A DNA stretch of 63,738 nt, filler included, from Choristocarpus tenellus KU-1152 (GCA_964200185.2; 13 parts of 13 records of this genome joined end to end with filler, not necessarily neighbours in it); one strand, 5' to 3'; positions 37,990 to 51,529 are shown, numbered from the whole stretch's first letter. Numbers and translations: made by a program. Notes: generated by a model from the letters alone, not told the origin.

Positions 37990-38866
37990 ATGTAGCAGCG
38001 CAGAGTATCTCAGTGGGTACCCGGCACACCTGCGCTATTGTATCGAGTGGGAAAGTAAAGGTCAGCCCCATTTTCAACTCAGGAAATGCTTGATGTTTCG
38101 CAGAAAGGGATAGGAGTTTAGAGTTTGACATTTCGCCCTCGTTTGCTCTCTACATCAACCGAGGACGAGAATGCAATCATTGTCAAAACTCAATCGCCAC
38201 CAAGGATGTGCCCTTTGTGAACATGTGCCGTCCCCAAGGCCTTCTTCGATATCCCCTGCCTTATCATTGAGCCGATTTGCCTTCGGTACGTCTATCTCTC
38301 AGTGCTGGGGGAAGAACAGCAAGGGTCAGCAAGGAAACGGTGACACTGTTATTCGCGGCAAGAGTTCTGGGACAATGGGCGACGACTTACCCTTTGTCAA
38401 TATTGGGACTGGGAAGGCAGCATTGTCGATTTCTGCTGGCGGCTTTCACACCTGCGCAATCCTAAATGATGAATCTCTTAGGGTAAGAGCAGTAGGTCCA
38501 GCGAAAGGCGTATGAGATTGTCCGCTACTTTCTATCAGATAGAGACCACGTCGTGCGTCCGTCAAAGGAAGCATGTACAGGAGATTATATGCCATGACCC
38601 TTCTCCTAATAAATTCTAGCTGCTACTCACCAATGCTATCTCGCCTTTCACCAAATCTGCGATCGCGTTGATTCACCATCGAACAGTGCTGGGGCTATGG
38701 CAGTGGGGGGAGACTCGGCAGTGGTGCGTCCTCCAACATAGGTGACACCCCAGACACCATGGGTGACAATCTGCAAAAAGTAAACCTGGGAACCGACCGT
38801 AGTCCCATACAGGTGGTCGCAGGAGAAGATTACACTTGCGTTTTGCTCGACGACTATGGTGTCAAG
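37990..38866 (+). CDS. RCC1/BLIP-II repeat protein, three internal exons
   Basis: Exons 37990-38060 (SISVGTRHTCAIVSSGKVK), 38303-38482 (CWGKNSKGQQG...MGDDLPFVNIGTG...HTCAILND) and 38687-38866 (CWGYGSGGRLG...MGDNLQKVNLGT...YTCVLLDD). All have AG/GT boundaries and phase-0 joins. Confidence 0.88.
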
Positions 38867-39276
38867 GTAAGGGTGAATGATGGCGTGGAATACTATATAG
38901 TGGGGACTAAGCGTACTATTTGATCAATCAAGTCAAGAAAACCACGAAAACTAAATCCCTACATAAGGTCAGGATGTAGGCTTAGTCCAAGCAAAAAATG
39001 AAAGTTCTACTATGACTAACTGAGTCTCTACCTGAAATGGCAATCAGGTTTAGGAAATTTACTGGAAGAATTGCTTGGCCTTACATCGTTGCTCGCTAGG
39101 GTGGGATAGAGATTTAGAGATTGCTAGATGGGGACAGAAAGAGAGCGGGGCATAATTGGGATTTATTGTCCATACCAAAACCGTTGAGATGAAGAGATGC
39201 GAGTATGCAGGGATGTCATGAAAATATGGGTACACGCATCTAAGCTTGATTTCCTTTCTACTGAGATAAAGTATAG

Positions 39277-39471
39277 GAGAGGCCCCCAGGTTACGGACGT
39301 TTTGCATTTTAAACCATTTTTTTAATCTTTAGCAACTCACCCATATATCTACGGATATTGTTTGAAAAAATTCCACAAGATTCAGAAAATATCCTACACG
39401 CATTTGTACAAAATGTTGAAATTTGCACATACTCATTAACATCCAAAAAATGCAACCCTGGGTACCTCTCG
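39277..39471. mobile_element. MITE family E (related copies end at ~24619 and ~35927)
   Basis: GAGAGGCCCCCAGGTT ... AACCCTGGGTACCTCTCG; the tgggtacctctcg end recurs in two other places. No TSD was recognised. Confidence 0.65.
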
Positions 39472-39715
39472 CTTCTTTTGACTCACTCTTCATAAAATCA
39501 ATTTCAAATTTGTGTGTGCAGACAAAGGCTTCAATTAGTCAATTTTCTGGAATCCCTACAGACCGGTTTACATTGGAGGATACAAGAAAAAGCTTATCCC
39601 AAGCAATTTTAGGATCTTTCAGTTTATCAGCTTTCACTGACTGGGTTTGGAACTGTTAAGCTTAAACACACTGGTATTCCAAGACAACAAAATAGAATAA
39701 CTGAAGTGGATTCGT

Positions 39716-39868
39716 GACCCTAAGTATCTGGGGGGGGGGGGTGATTTGTGAGGGGGCGTCCGTTTCGGTCAAACAACTATTTTTTTGCTGACATTCCAAA
39801 TCTGACACATGTAACCAAATCACACCAAAAAAGTGAAAATAAAAAAAAGGGTGAAAAGCGGACGCCGG
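39716..39868. mobile_element. MITE family C, truncated by a contig end (others at 39969-40046 and 46052-46204)
   Basis: Family TIR GGGTCAAAGTAT(C/T)TG; shared body caaatcacaccaaaaaagtgaaaat...aacggacgccg. Confidence 0.8.
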
Positions 39869-40132
39869 NNNNNNNNNNNNNNNNNNNNNNNNNNNNNNNN
39901 NNNNNNNNNNNNTTAATTAATTAANNNNNNNNNNNNNNNNNNNNNNNNNNNNNNNNNNNNNNNNNNNNCAAATCACACCAAAAAAGTGAAAATCGAAAAA
40001 GGGGTGAAAAACGGACGCCGACACCCCCCCCCAAATACTTTGACCCTATTGTGCTGTTGAGAAGCCTGTCTTTCAGCCTTGACCACACCTCCCTCGTCCA
40101 TCCTATTAGTAGTCTGATACAAAGATACAATG

Positions 40133-40267
40133 TCTAGTTGCCATGTGGCCCTGCCTATAACCACTCCCACCTTACTTTCAAAAAAGAGAAAATTACTTTC
40201 TAGTTGCCATGTGGCCCTGCCTATAACCACTCCCACCTTACTTTCAAAAAAGAGAAAATTACTTTCT
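40133..40267. repeat. 66-bp exact tandem duplication
   Basis: tagttgccatgtggccctgcc... begins at 40135 and again at 40201. Confidence 0.95.
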
Positions 40268-41635
40268 TGCTCTCACTGAAGATGCCTGACTACTTCTCAA
40301 TCAATCAAATGCCTAATGCCTCATCTAAACTATTTCCCCAAATTAGGAAACCATCCTAATGGTACATAAAGTCAAGAGTAGAATGAGGGCACAGACAATG
40401 TTGACCAGGTATCCATAATAGGATAATAGGACAGCTCCATGTACATGGGTAAACATATTTTCCTCCTACAAAGCAAGAGTTAGTTATGACAGGTTGCACG
40501 GTTTAACCTGGTACGCAAGAGACATAAGCCCAGCACACAGGGTTATGATATAGGGAATGCACGTCGAACCAGAGGAGGATCTAAGGTGACCTAACACACG
40601 CCAACAACACAGACCTACTCTCTTCTAGATGGTGTTATGTTTGTGGGGTTATTCCGTTCTTCATCTTCTTCTCTTCCCCTTACATTTTTCGTGTGATAGC
40701 ATTTTTTGTTGTACGTTCTATTCTTCCGCTTTTTTCTTCTGTTTCCTTTCCTTTGCTGGTCGTTGTTGCCTTCTCTCAACGTGTATGTATTACCTTCTTT
40801 GTACTATACACTTTTTGGGACGATGGATATGGATGGAGTGTTTTATAGTAAATATATTTAGTATATAACATTTCATAATACTGAAGTAGTAGTGAGGAAA
40901 TTACATTTTCACCAACCTAAGCAGCGAAACACCTTAAGAATTGCTACACCACTGTTAAGAGGTTTTCCAGCCCATTTATCACTGGAGTCGGCACTACTGG
41001 GTGTCGTTCTTTGGTTAGATTTTCGAAGGACAGGCAAGTTGAAGGCTCATCTGAAGGCATACATGGGTTCCCCTATTCGGAAGTCTGCCTGTTGTGGTGA
41101 CAATACCCATCCTGGTGAGAGCTTGTTGGGTGCCAGGCAGTGTACGAATTGTCGTACACATGGTGATAGTTCGCCGTTTTCATTTTCGGACATCTCATCC
41201 TTGCTTTCTTCTCCTGTACTGGAGGAAAGAGATGGCACTAGCAGTAGCCACCTCCGAGTAGAGTTTGATTTTGGTTTTAACCTAGGGTTGTCTCTCTTTG
41301 TCCGAGATTCCTCGGTTTCAATGACCCCTTCCTTTGGTGACACTACACTGGAGATGCCTCTCATTTAATTGATGGAGGATCCTTACATCTATATTGCTAA
41401 GGAGCTGAGCCAAATCTTAACTTCACTCTCAGCCTAACATGTCAACCCTCGTTCCAACGCAGTGTTCGACATTCCAAGTGTTAAGAACACGGGACCCTCT
41501 TCTTTTCTCCTATCTTTTGCACTGTACCACTTAGTCGATTTATTTGCAACAACCAGGACGACGTGTAGAACATCTACCGTGACTCCCGCGCTGTCTATCG
41601 TTGTTGTCGTCAGTTTATGCAGTCAGTGGCAACAG

Positions 41636-43000
41636 GTACATTCTGGTGCACCTCCTCGACTTTCTCAACGTGCGGAAGGTCGGAGGTGTGGCCACAGTGT
41701 GCAAGTTATGGAATGACGCTTGTGCGGATGATCTACTGTGGAAAGGGCTATATGAGAGGACGCAGGTAAGCCTAGGAGGATCATTAAAGGGACAAAAAAT
41801 TCCAACTCACCATTGCTACTCTCCCACCTGTCAGAATATTTCGTCGCGATATTTCCCTCGATATCGTGGCACACAATCGCTCACAACCCTTATCATATCC
41901 TTCGACTCTGAACTACCTAAGTGCCCCCTCCTTGTGACAGTGCTAATACATTAAACTGAAACAAGCAATGTGCGCTAAGTCATAGTACTTAAGCCTATGA
42001 TGAAAGAAGCAATACTGTATATTGGCAATAGCTAGGGGACTGAATGGGTATCGATCACTTGCTCCAACTTTCATCCGCTGCCACCCTTGTGCATGTCTCA
42101 TGTACGGAAGAACCACCACTGTCATGCACCCTGTGCAGTGTGAACTGTGATACAACTCCTGTTTGCAGATGCAGCAACACAGGGTAATGCTATACAGAAA
42201 CAGTGACTAACATGCAGTATGCAAACCCACTGCCAATTTTTGCAAATGATCTTGTCCCCCAATATTCCCCTGTCCTGACCAGCTCTCATTACTTGGTCAC
42301 ACCTTTACCTTTTCATGCTACCTCAGAATCATTCTGCCTGCCCATATTTTCGCATCCATTTTGTGTATGTCTCTATCTTTATCTGTAAGTTTTACGTGTG
42401 TGTATTCTTTGCCATTAACATGCTGGAGGATATATCTGGGTGATGGGCCAAGATAATACAAATTCTACTCAAGAGTACCCTCCTGGATACGCTCTGGCTC
42501 ATGGACCTGTTTAAGGGTTCAGTGAACTTCTCTGTATCCTCCCCACACTGAAACTGACTATCCGGGCTGTAGAACCTTTGTAATTTAGTAGTTATTTTCA
42601 GGGTTTGTGTTACAGCACTATTGACAGCTGTTGCTATGTTTGCTGTTGCAATTTTCCTCATTTGTGAATGTCTCAGTATTTGAGCTCTACATTTCCGCTG
42701 TGTAACAACTTCATTGTTGCAAGTGCCCCTTTTGCTTGCTTGTGCTTTTAATTTCTTATGGCCCGCATTTTTTTGTTCATTTGCATTTCTTTGTTGTGGA
42801 AGCCTACATTGTTTTCCCTCTCATATGTTTTGTGGTTTTGTATAGGTATGTGAGGCGGGTGTTGAGGAGTGGGCGCAGGGACTTGTGGACCGACCGTTTG
42901 GAAGGGAGGCAGTGGGGTGGGAGGTTAAAGTCTACAACGAGGAGCTGATGGAGTGGATCCCTGGTGTGGTGATGGACTACAGGAATGGAGGTTATAATGT
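41636..43000 (+). CDS. F-box protein with a downstream Tudor-like exon, partial
   Basis: Exon 41636-41765 YILVHLLDFLNVRKVGGVATVCKLWNDACADDLLWKGLY is an F-box (donor GTAAGC). Exon 42846-43000 reads AVGWEVKVYNEELMEWIPGVVMDY (donor GTGAGT). The splice phases are compatible. Confidence 0.65.
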
Positions 43001-44062
43001 GTGAGTGCAAATGTTGTTAGGGGCATGAGGGGGTGCCTGATAAATATATTTGGTGTACCTGCAGGGTCCAGGTACGCACATGTGTGTGTATGTGTCTTTT
43101 GTATTTTCTTTGTGTTTGTCCTCTTTTCTCAAGATGGGTTAAGTTGAGTCCTATTTGGACTGGGGGAGGGGGGGGGTTGATTTATAGCATTTGCACTTCA
43201 GGGGTAGTTGTTTTTGAGCGGTCAGATATTCTGGTCTTAGTGGTTTGAGGTAAGGTGGGTGTAGCAGGGCTGTTGCAAGGTATGTTTTTATATTTTTTAT
43301 AGACTGTACTGTTACAGGTGCCATATATGTATATATTGTAGTGTAGTTTGATTGAATTGAATTTTTTCTTTTTCTTGTATACCATTTTTATCGTTCTTAT
43401 AAGTGTTACCTTCATGGACATTCTTTTATTTTCAAATTAGTATATTTAGGTGGAGAGATGATCTTGGTCTCTCTGGTCATATCAACCTTGCTTTTGAAGG
43501 GGCAATTATTGTGCTAAAAGTGTAGGGATTGGTCAGACACTTCTAGCCGTGTTGCATTTTGGAATACCCTATTTTGTTTGGTGTTTTCTTGTGCTTTATA
43601 TCTTTCCAGGTAGCAGACTGTGTAACGATTATTTTGATCAGTTGCTCAGAATATTCCCAGAATACGCTTGCTCATGCTGCTACAGGGTGAAGAGGAAGGG
43701 AAGGGGGGAAGGGAAGAATATTTTTGTTGATGTCTATTCCTTTTTTTGTCTTTTTTGACAAGAGAGGGGGGGGGGAGGGGGCTCAGATATCACACAGAGT
43801 AGATACTCATTTTTCTGCCGTGACTAATTGATTGGACTCTCCTCCGTTAGTGGTTGATGAATGTCTTGTTGAGTGCCGACGATGATCTGCTTTCTCTTGG
43901 ATGTTACAATCATATTACTCAGTCGATCAGGCAGCACTTGGGAGGGGTTAGGGTCATGACGTAGAAAACATTTGCATTTTTATTTTTTCTCTCTCACAAC
44001 AACTGGAATGCCCTGTATATCGCATTGCGGTGGTAGCGACAAGGGGCGCACTTGTTCTACCT

Positions 44063-44297
44063 CAAGCCTGTGACCCCTATTGATTCCTATCTTTATTCCT
44101 CTGAAATGTGAAAAGCCTGAGCCCCCTATTGATTCCCATCATTATTCCTCTGAAATGTGACGAGCCTGAGCCCCCTATTGATTCCCATCATCATTCCTCT
44201 GAAATGTGACAAGCCTGAGCCCCCTATTGATTCCCATCATTTTTCCTCTGAAATGTGACAAGCCTGAGCCCCCTATTGATTCCTATCATTATTCCTT
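44063..44297. repeat. 49-bp tandem repeat, about 4.8 copies
   Basis: Units aagcctgagccccctattgattcccatcattattcctctgaaatgtga start at 44063, 44112, 44161, 44210 and 44259. Confidence 0.95.
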
Positions 44298-44759
44298 TGG
44301 ACATTTTAATAATAATTTCTCCCTGGCATTCGATGCTGTTGTGGGTGAGGAATCGTGCGTCACGTGTGTTGTGTTGGAGAAACGGATTTGTTGTGATTCA
44401 TTACACTGTTGATTGATTGTTTTAGATGGCTGGTTAGGAGGTCTTTGGGTAAGATTAGGTTTAGGATCAGAACCACCTTTGTGCGATTCAGGAGTCCTGT
44501 GGTGAGCAGGTAGGTGGGTGGGTGTGTAGGCAAAAGGGAGGTGCTTGCTGTTGCAGACCCTCGCAACTTCTTGGGCCCTTCTCTCTTGCCGTTAGGGGCA
44601 CAATAGCTGCTCTACCCCCCTGCCCTGCCCCCACCTTCTCAAGGCGCCTGAACCTGATCTTGTTGATGACCCTTGTGGTTTTGCTGATCTTTCTTACAGT
44701 GGCTACTTCAATGGGGAGGTTCATTTGGAGTTTGAGCAACGCTCTCAGGCGAGGGAAAA

Positions 44760-44947
44760 GGATGGGGGGTTGGGGGGGGGGGGGGGGGGGGGGGAGGGGG
44801 GGGCGGGGGGGGGGGGTGGATGGGGAACGCGACCGCCTGGTTGGTTGGTGCCCCCGCTTTTTAAAGNNNNNNNNNNTTTTTTTTTCCGTGGGTTTTTTGA
44901 GGGGGGGGGTTTTGTGGGGTTGGGGGCAGGGGGGGGGGGGGGGGGAA

Positions 44948-44983
<36 letters not shown>

Positions 44984-44985
44984 AT
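44760..44985. repeat. Poly-G low-complexity tract around a 10-N gap (44867-44876)
   Basis: Directly visible; probably of poor sequence quality. Confidence 0.85.
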
Positions 44986-46777
44986 AGTGTGGGCAGATGG
45001 TGTGTGCAGATTAGGAAGTTGGAACCTCGTGATGAGTATGACCTCCAATGTCTTAAGGATACTCAGTTTTTATTTTTTTTTATTTTAAACCTTTGGGGTC
45101 ACTCTGAGAAGTGTTTAACCAGTAAAGTAGATGAGATGGCCACCTACAGCTTCTTTTTTTTGTGCTGGAGTGAGAACTCCGTGCACATCCCGGTGGAGTG
45201 AAAAAATTAGAAGCTTTGCTGTCGCAATACTGCCCCAGGTTTCTTTGTATATTTATTAAAAGGTGAGCAGTACATGGACACTTCGTACACCTCGTCACGA
45301 GCTTGGCCAATGAAATGGCATGTGGCCTAATTGTGAACTCCATTTGTTCAATTTGGTATGCTCTGAAGGAGAGCACACAATTGCCTGCCATAACCCTAAC
45401 CCTAACCCTATTGTAGAAGACGACATTGGGTGCTAGCAAGCAAGAATTCAATGCGTTGCGACCATTGCAGGTCGCATTCCCAGTGCCAGACTGACAGATT
45501 AACAATTTAGGCGCTGTAGTAGTGAAGAAAGTGTGAACACGTGATCAAATTTTGGTTTCTATTGTCAATTTCATCTCTATAGATGGTTTTGTTAACCTTG
45601 ACAGTTAGTGCAGCGTGACCAATATTATACAATCCCCCCGTCGAGTATTGAGATACCTCTACAACATGCAGGCGGCCAGTTGTGTTGACCTTTCTAGTTT
45701 AGAAGGTGTGTGTGTGTGTGTGTTTAAATCCCTTGATGCGTGAGAGGGGTGAAGGTAAAGGGTGTGGCAAGAGTTGGGAAGAGAGTGTAATACGATATAT
45801 AGCAATCTGCAAAGCGTGATGCATCAGTACGGACAGGCACACAAAAGCAGAGCACAAGAGAAACAGAAGCAGCATGGTGTTGTTCCGACTACTACCGTGT
45901 GGGATTGCTTCCCAGAGTGTAGACACACCCTTTGCTCTTGCAGTCTCAGAATTTGTAAATTCAAAGTGTAGGTGAAGGTAGGTGTACCTTGTCAATGACT
46001 TTGTTCATGGGGTTAAATCTCTCGCTGTATCTGCTGGCGTGACTGACTGCAGGGTCAAAGTATCTGAGGGGGCGTCTGTTTTGGTCAAACAACTCTTTTT
46101 TTTGCTGACATTGTGCAAATCCGACATGTGCAACCAAATCACACCAAAAAAGTGAAAATCGAAAAAAGAGTAGAAAACGGACACCGACACCCCCCCCCCC
46201 CCCCNNNNNNNNNNNNNNNNNNNNNNNNNNNNNNNNNNNNNNNNNNNNTTAATTAATTAANNNNNNNNNNNNNNNNNNNNNNNNNNNNNNNNNNNNNNNN
46301 NNNNAGTGTCCATTTGGACCAAAACCAGGAAAAGTGCTCTTTCATTATCCATCCAACGTATGGAACCAAATCACCCAAAAATCGCGACATGAAAAAATTG
46401 GTCCCAAATGGACAGTCGCCACGCCCCCCCCAGATAGTTTGACCCTTTCTTAATGACGTCCTTGTCATCAAGGACACGGCAACACACAACCGGTGTACTT
46501 TGTAGGCAACCATTGTCATTTAGGACATCACACTCGAAAATTAGCATCACCGACTCTGCAGAAAAGGTCCCAGAGAACCTATTTTGAAACATTACCCCAT
46601 GTGCTTCCAAACATTGTGGTAAGGTTTCTAAAATCTCAAATAGCACTTTAGCCTAGGGCTCTATCGAGAACTCTGAAACGTTCGCAAACACCCCACCCCT
46701 GACCTCATCCTAGCCTGCACAGCCCTTTCAAGCATTCTCGATGACTCTTTCCAATCACAACTCGACTCCTTTTGTAC

Positions 46778-48624
46778 CTAAACTTTTGGTCATTAGCTTG
46801 CTCAATGTCAGCCCCTCTGTCCAATAGCTGAATGACTATGTCCAAGTGTCCCTGGGCACAGGCAAGGAGCAGTGCAGTATTTCCCCTCCCAGTAACTGCA
46901 GAGGCATTGCCCCCATGTAAGAGTAGCACCTTTCAAGATTGTTGGGGAAATGACTTCATGAGTTGCAACTAGCAACAGCAGGGTTCAATACCAAGAAAAA
47001 TGGTTTAACCAGAATTGGCATGCTTGGAAGGATTAAAAATGTCAGTACAAGTAGTCACTCTAGAGGTGGGTTTTTCACATTGCTGGTATGGTGTGCAGCC
47101 ATGGAGGCAGTAAAACCAACTTCAGAGTTATAATACTAATTGTACACAAGCAAGGGGCCACATCTTGTGCATTAGTGCACTCAAATCTAAAAAGTGGGAG
47201 CTAGACTACTTATGAAGGCAGAAAAACAGGCCAGGCTCGGCAATCCAAGGGCATGGCTGTGGAAAGTGGGAACTTCAAAACAAGTGCACGCCACCCAGGG
47301 ACAGAGAAACTCCTTCTGAATAAATCCTGTCTGGAGCTGTGTGCTGAATGTTCTTCAACTCCTCGAGTGAGCTACCAATGTTACCAAGCAGTTGAAAACA
47401 CTGTCTTGGTGTTTGTAGAACTTCAAAAGAAAAAGAAGTTATGGTGCCAGCAAGAAGAAAGCAAATGAGATTTGGAAATGATGGGGACTTTGTGTTGTGC
47501 TGCTCCCAGGTACAGGGCAAACAAGCCACAACACAAATTCTATCATTGCGGGCTATACCTTGCAGCTTGCGTTCAGTGCTTTAATGTCGAGTCGTTCTAT
47601 AGTGGGCTCAAAGCTATGCATGAAGCTTTGGTAGGGTATTGAAACAGTGGCACTCGAAGATGTGAGTCATGTGTTACAGATGAAATTATATTATTTTCAA
47701 ATAAAAAATATAACTAGGACTAGTCACAGAAAAGGGTAAGGGACGTAGCACAAAAGGCACCACTTATGCCAATAATCAAAGGCTGTACTTCATATCACAT
47801 AGTAAGGAAGTAGAATGCAGTCATGCTCGAAAATAACCTGGGTCCGGAGAATTTCATAGAGCTAGAGCACGAAGCATATGGTTGATGCTGAATCTTGAAT
47901 AATCTCGTCCATATGACTAATCTCTAGACTATTTTCTGCTGTATACATCAAACATTAACACCTTGAGAATATGCAGGTGTCCACCCTTTGCTGCTCTTAG
48001 TACCGGGCTGAAGCCTCCCTTGTCGCAAATATTGACATCAGCCTTGGAAGTAAGATTGGAATGGTAGAAGGAGTGTGAGGGGGGGGACGCCATCATGAGC
48101 TGCATTCAGTTGCTGGTTATCTTCCCAACGTATTGTTGACCTAGACACTACTCTGTTTTTGATGAACTGAGGCATTCCAACTTGTCCAGAGAAAATCAAA
48201 TTGACTTACTGATGGATAGCAATCAAATATTCCAAGGCTTGGGCCAGGCGTCAGACTGTAGTCCAATTTCCTTGTGTTGTGCAACCCTTTGCAACTACAA
48301 AATGGTAATTGTGATGGAAATATTAGGAAGCTCATTCACGCCTCAAGGAATGATCTACCTCGAAATATTTGCTGTATTCTACACAAGGGGAGCATTTTCA
48401 TTATCACACGTCATGCTTGCATGGGCATGATGAGAAAAAAAAAGGTGGAAAGGCAATTGTTTCCTCCCCTCCTTTAGTCATCTCACCTGTGCATTCATGA
48501 GGAGCCAACAGACCTTGGCATGGCCGCGCTGAACGGCCAAGGACAAGGCTGTTTTCTTGGTATGAGTTACGTTGGAGTGTTCCGCACCATGCATCAAAAG
48601 CATCTCTACCACAGGTGCATGGCC
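46778..48624 (-). CDS. Ankyrin-repeat protein, three internal exons
   Basis: Exons 48624-48487 (GHAPVVEMLLMHGA...TALSLAVQRGHAKV), 48042-47962 (ADVNICDKGGFSPVLRAAKGGHLHILK) and 46929-46778 (GNTALLLACAQGHLDIVIQLLDRGADIE), with phase-0 AG/GT joins. Confidence 0.88.
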
Positions 48625-49911
48625 CTTTGTCGTGGGCAAGATCAATCAGTAGAGGGGGTAGAATGGATGTGAGCTTGATCAGCAGGAGAACAAAAAAAAG
48701 TCAATTTACCATTTTGGAGAGGATGTGAGTGACGCTGTTGTGTACCTGCCCATCAGGATGTTGGGCTTCACATACCCAGGGCACAGCTCCCATCAGTGTG
48801 TAAGACTGAAGTCATGACAACTCTCAAAAGCTCAAGTAAAAGATATCCATGTTAGGGATAGGCTTGTGTTGTGTATCCTCCAGTTGTTTGCTACCTGCTT
48901 TGAAGCACCTCTTACGAGGTTAAGTTTAGTAGGGATTTCAAAGTCACACCAAACTGACCCAAAGTATCTGGGGGGGGGNNNNNNNNNNNNNNNNNNNNNN
49001 NNNNNNNNNNNNNNNNNNNNNNTTAATTAATTAANNNNNNNNNNNNNNNNNNNNNNNNNNNNNNNNNNNNNNNNNNNNCCCCAAGCCCAAGGTGGGATTG
49101 ACCATTTCATCCCCCCCCCCCTACCCTTTCCTCACTCTCGCACCTGTTACGTGTGACTGGAGGTGGGGGTGGCAAAGTTAAAATCATTATGGATGGTGTT
49201 TGTACTGAATGGTGTGACAGTAGGCAGGGAGCTACATGGGTTGAAAAGGAAAGGGTTAGGGTTTGAGGTGTATGTGGTAGACGAAGAGGTTGGCGCATGG
49301 TGTATCACGTGAGGTACATGATGGGTCATGTTATCCCTCTTTTGGGAGGGAACGTTGGTCTCTTGTTGGGGCGAGTTATCCACAGGAGATGCAGAATTTT
49401 TGAGGGCATTGAGTGAGCACAGTGATTTTGGTGAGTGGAGTGTGTTCCTTTGTATGATATTGTTATTCTATGGGAAATGGTGATTCCATGATGGGGTTCT
49501 ACTTTGGTGATGGTGTTACATGGTACATGGTACATGACAGTGGTGCTTATCTATCTAGTGGTTGCTTTGTCTATTCCTCACACGATGCACAGGGCTGGCA
49601 GGTAGCTCCTTGACTAAATGCCCAACTCTGTTCCTTGATTGGCTTTTGTGTGCAGCAGGCCTGAGCTTGATTGTGTTTTGCCTTTATCTCTATCCTCACC
49701 ACAGATACTTGAGGCTATTATGTGCACTGCAAGTCCACACCTGATTGAAGGCTGTAACCCCTGCGGCGAAAGCCTGATATTGGGCTGTGAATTGTGAATT
49801 GCAGACTTCCATGATGTCGCTGCATTAGTAGCTACTGACTGTACAGTTGTCTGTAGCATTTTTGAATGGGGTAGTTGTTTTTGCATGGGTAGGTGCCGTG
49901 AGTGACCTTGA

Positions 49912-49946
49912 TAGGGTTAGGGTTAGGGTTAGGGTTAGGGTTAGAG
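49912..49946. repeat. Interstitial telomere-like (TTAGGG)n tract; shorter tracts near 391, 13167, 37532, 45393, 50332, 51146, 51229 and 61420
   Basis: tagggttagggttagggttagggttagggttagag. Confidence 0.85.
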
Positions 49947-51529
49947 TCATGTTGATGGTGGACATACTCTTCCAATTCCTTTTACCTTTCCTATCTTTAC
50001 TGATTGTGCACTCCAGGAGTCTTGTCTGGATCGGAGGTGTCATGTGAAAGGGTTTGCGCACCATGATGTATTCGCATGTTTTTTTTTGCCCTATTTTGTG
50101 ATGATGTACAATGCACCAGCAATGGAGTTGAGGTAGTCAATATTTTAGTAGCACACCAGTTTATGTTACGCAATATTGGTATTAATATTGGTGTGTTAGT
50201 ACTCTGTGTTACTATTCCTATGTATGTATATATGCAATTGACTGTCAATAGTACTGTATTCACAGCTATAGTTGAATGACTGAGCAGTTTGTGAGTGCAA
50301 TGCCACTTGCCACTCCCTCCTGCCCCCATCTACCCTAACCCTAACCTTAAGAATTCTATATATTTGGTTCATATCTATATATACTGCTAATACTGTACCA
50401 CACCAGTATGTCCGCAAGATAGTGGTGGCGCTGTGGGAGGAACAGCTTACCTTGGGAGGCTTTTTCATGCTTTTGCGCTTCCGACCACTAACAGAATCTC
50501 CAGTGGTTGCTCTCAAGGCCCTGTTGACACTTTTGAAGGTTAGTTTTTTTTTTCCTTGTTGAGTGTGTTGGTGTGTTGAAGGTTCAACTGACCTCCTGTA
50601 TTGTTATGTGCGTGTTTCATGTTGCTATAAAATTTGCAGGCGTTTGGTTACTGTGCCATGTGTGTGTGTGTGTGTGTGTGTTATCGTTGTTGCAATGACT
50701 GTTGCAGTATACGTAGGTTTGGTTTATTATTAACATAGACAGGTATGGCACTGACCTTTTATAGGGACGGTTCTAAATTGGACAGTTGATTGTTCATTTT
50801 CGGATAGGTCACATGTCACCCCTGTGTGTGTGTATTTTACACCAGGTCCTACAGAAGGGGCCACCAACCTGCCTTTCAGAGTGCTCTACCTACACTGGCA
50901 CAGTGGAAGAAATTGGGGAGATGTGGACAAAAGATGGAGGAGGGGGAGGCGGAGGGGTTGCGGGCGGTGGGGGTGGGGCGGTGGCAGGAGATGATTTTTT
51001 AACTGCTGTGGCAGGGGGGAGTGGGGTTGCTGGTGCAACCATGGGGGGGGGTGTTGGACCGGGGCAGGAGGCGGAGGTTGACCCAGCGCTGAGCTTGCTA
51101 ATATTTCGGATGGCCACAACTATTGTGAAAAAGGTTGTGGGTTACGGGTTAGGGTTAGGGATGAGGGGTTGGAGAAGGGGTGTTGTGTTTTAAACGGAGG
51201 AAGAGTGTGTAGAGGATAGAGGTCAGAGGGGTTAGGGTTAGGGTTAGTTGGAGTGTTTGTTGGGATGTTGCTTGTGTGTATGTGTGACTGTGTGATTGGG
51301 ACAAAAAGAAAAAAAACGGTCTAACTCGGACTAGGGGTTGGGGGTTTCTTATATATTTTATGGCATGCTGGATTAGTCATGTGGAAAGGTTTTGCAATGG
51401 TTGGGTGTGCATAGGAGAGTTGAGGTGTTTATTTTTATCAAGAGAGGTGGGATGGTACGTCATTCTTTTGTTTTAGAACTGAAAGCCAGTCAGCTTCTTA
51501 CTGAAATGTTGTATTCACCGCATAGTAAA

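Noticed and set aside
41047-41364. 105-aa minus-strand ORF as a gene divergent from the F-box gene
   Set aside because: No recognisable domain or clear splice structure.
44488-45201. Long Pro- or Gly-rich ORFs
   Set aside because: Produced by poly-G runs spanning an N gap.
49912-49946. True telomere
   Set aside because: Only about six units, with unique sequence on both sides.
50786-51193. Gly/Pro-rich ORFs
   Set aside because: Low-complexity sequence without domain or splice support.
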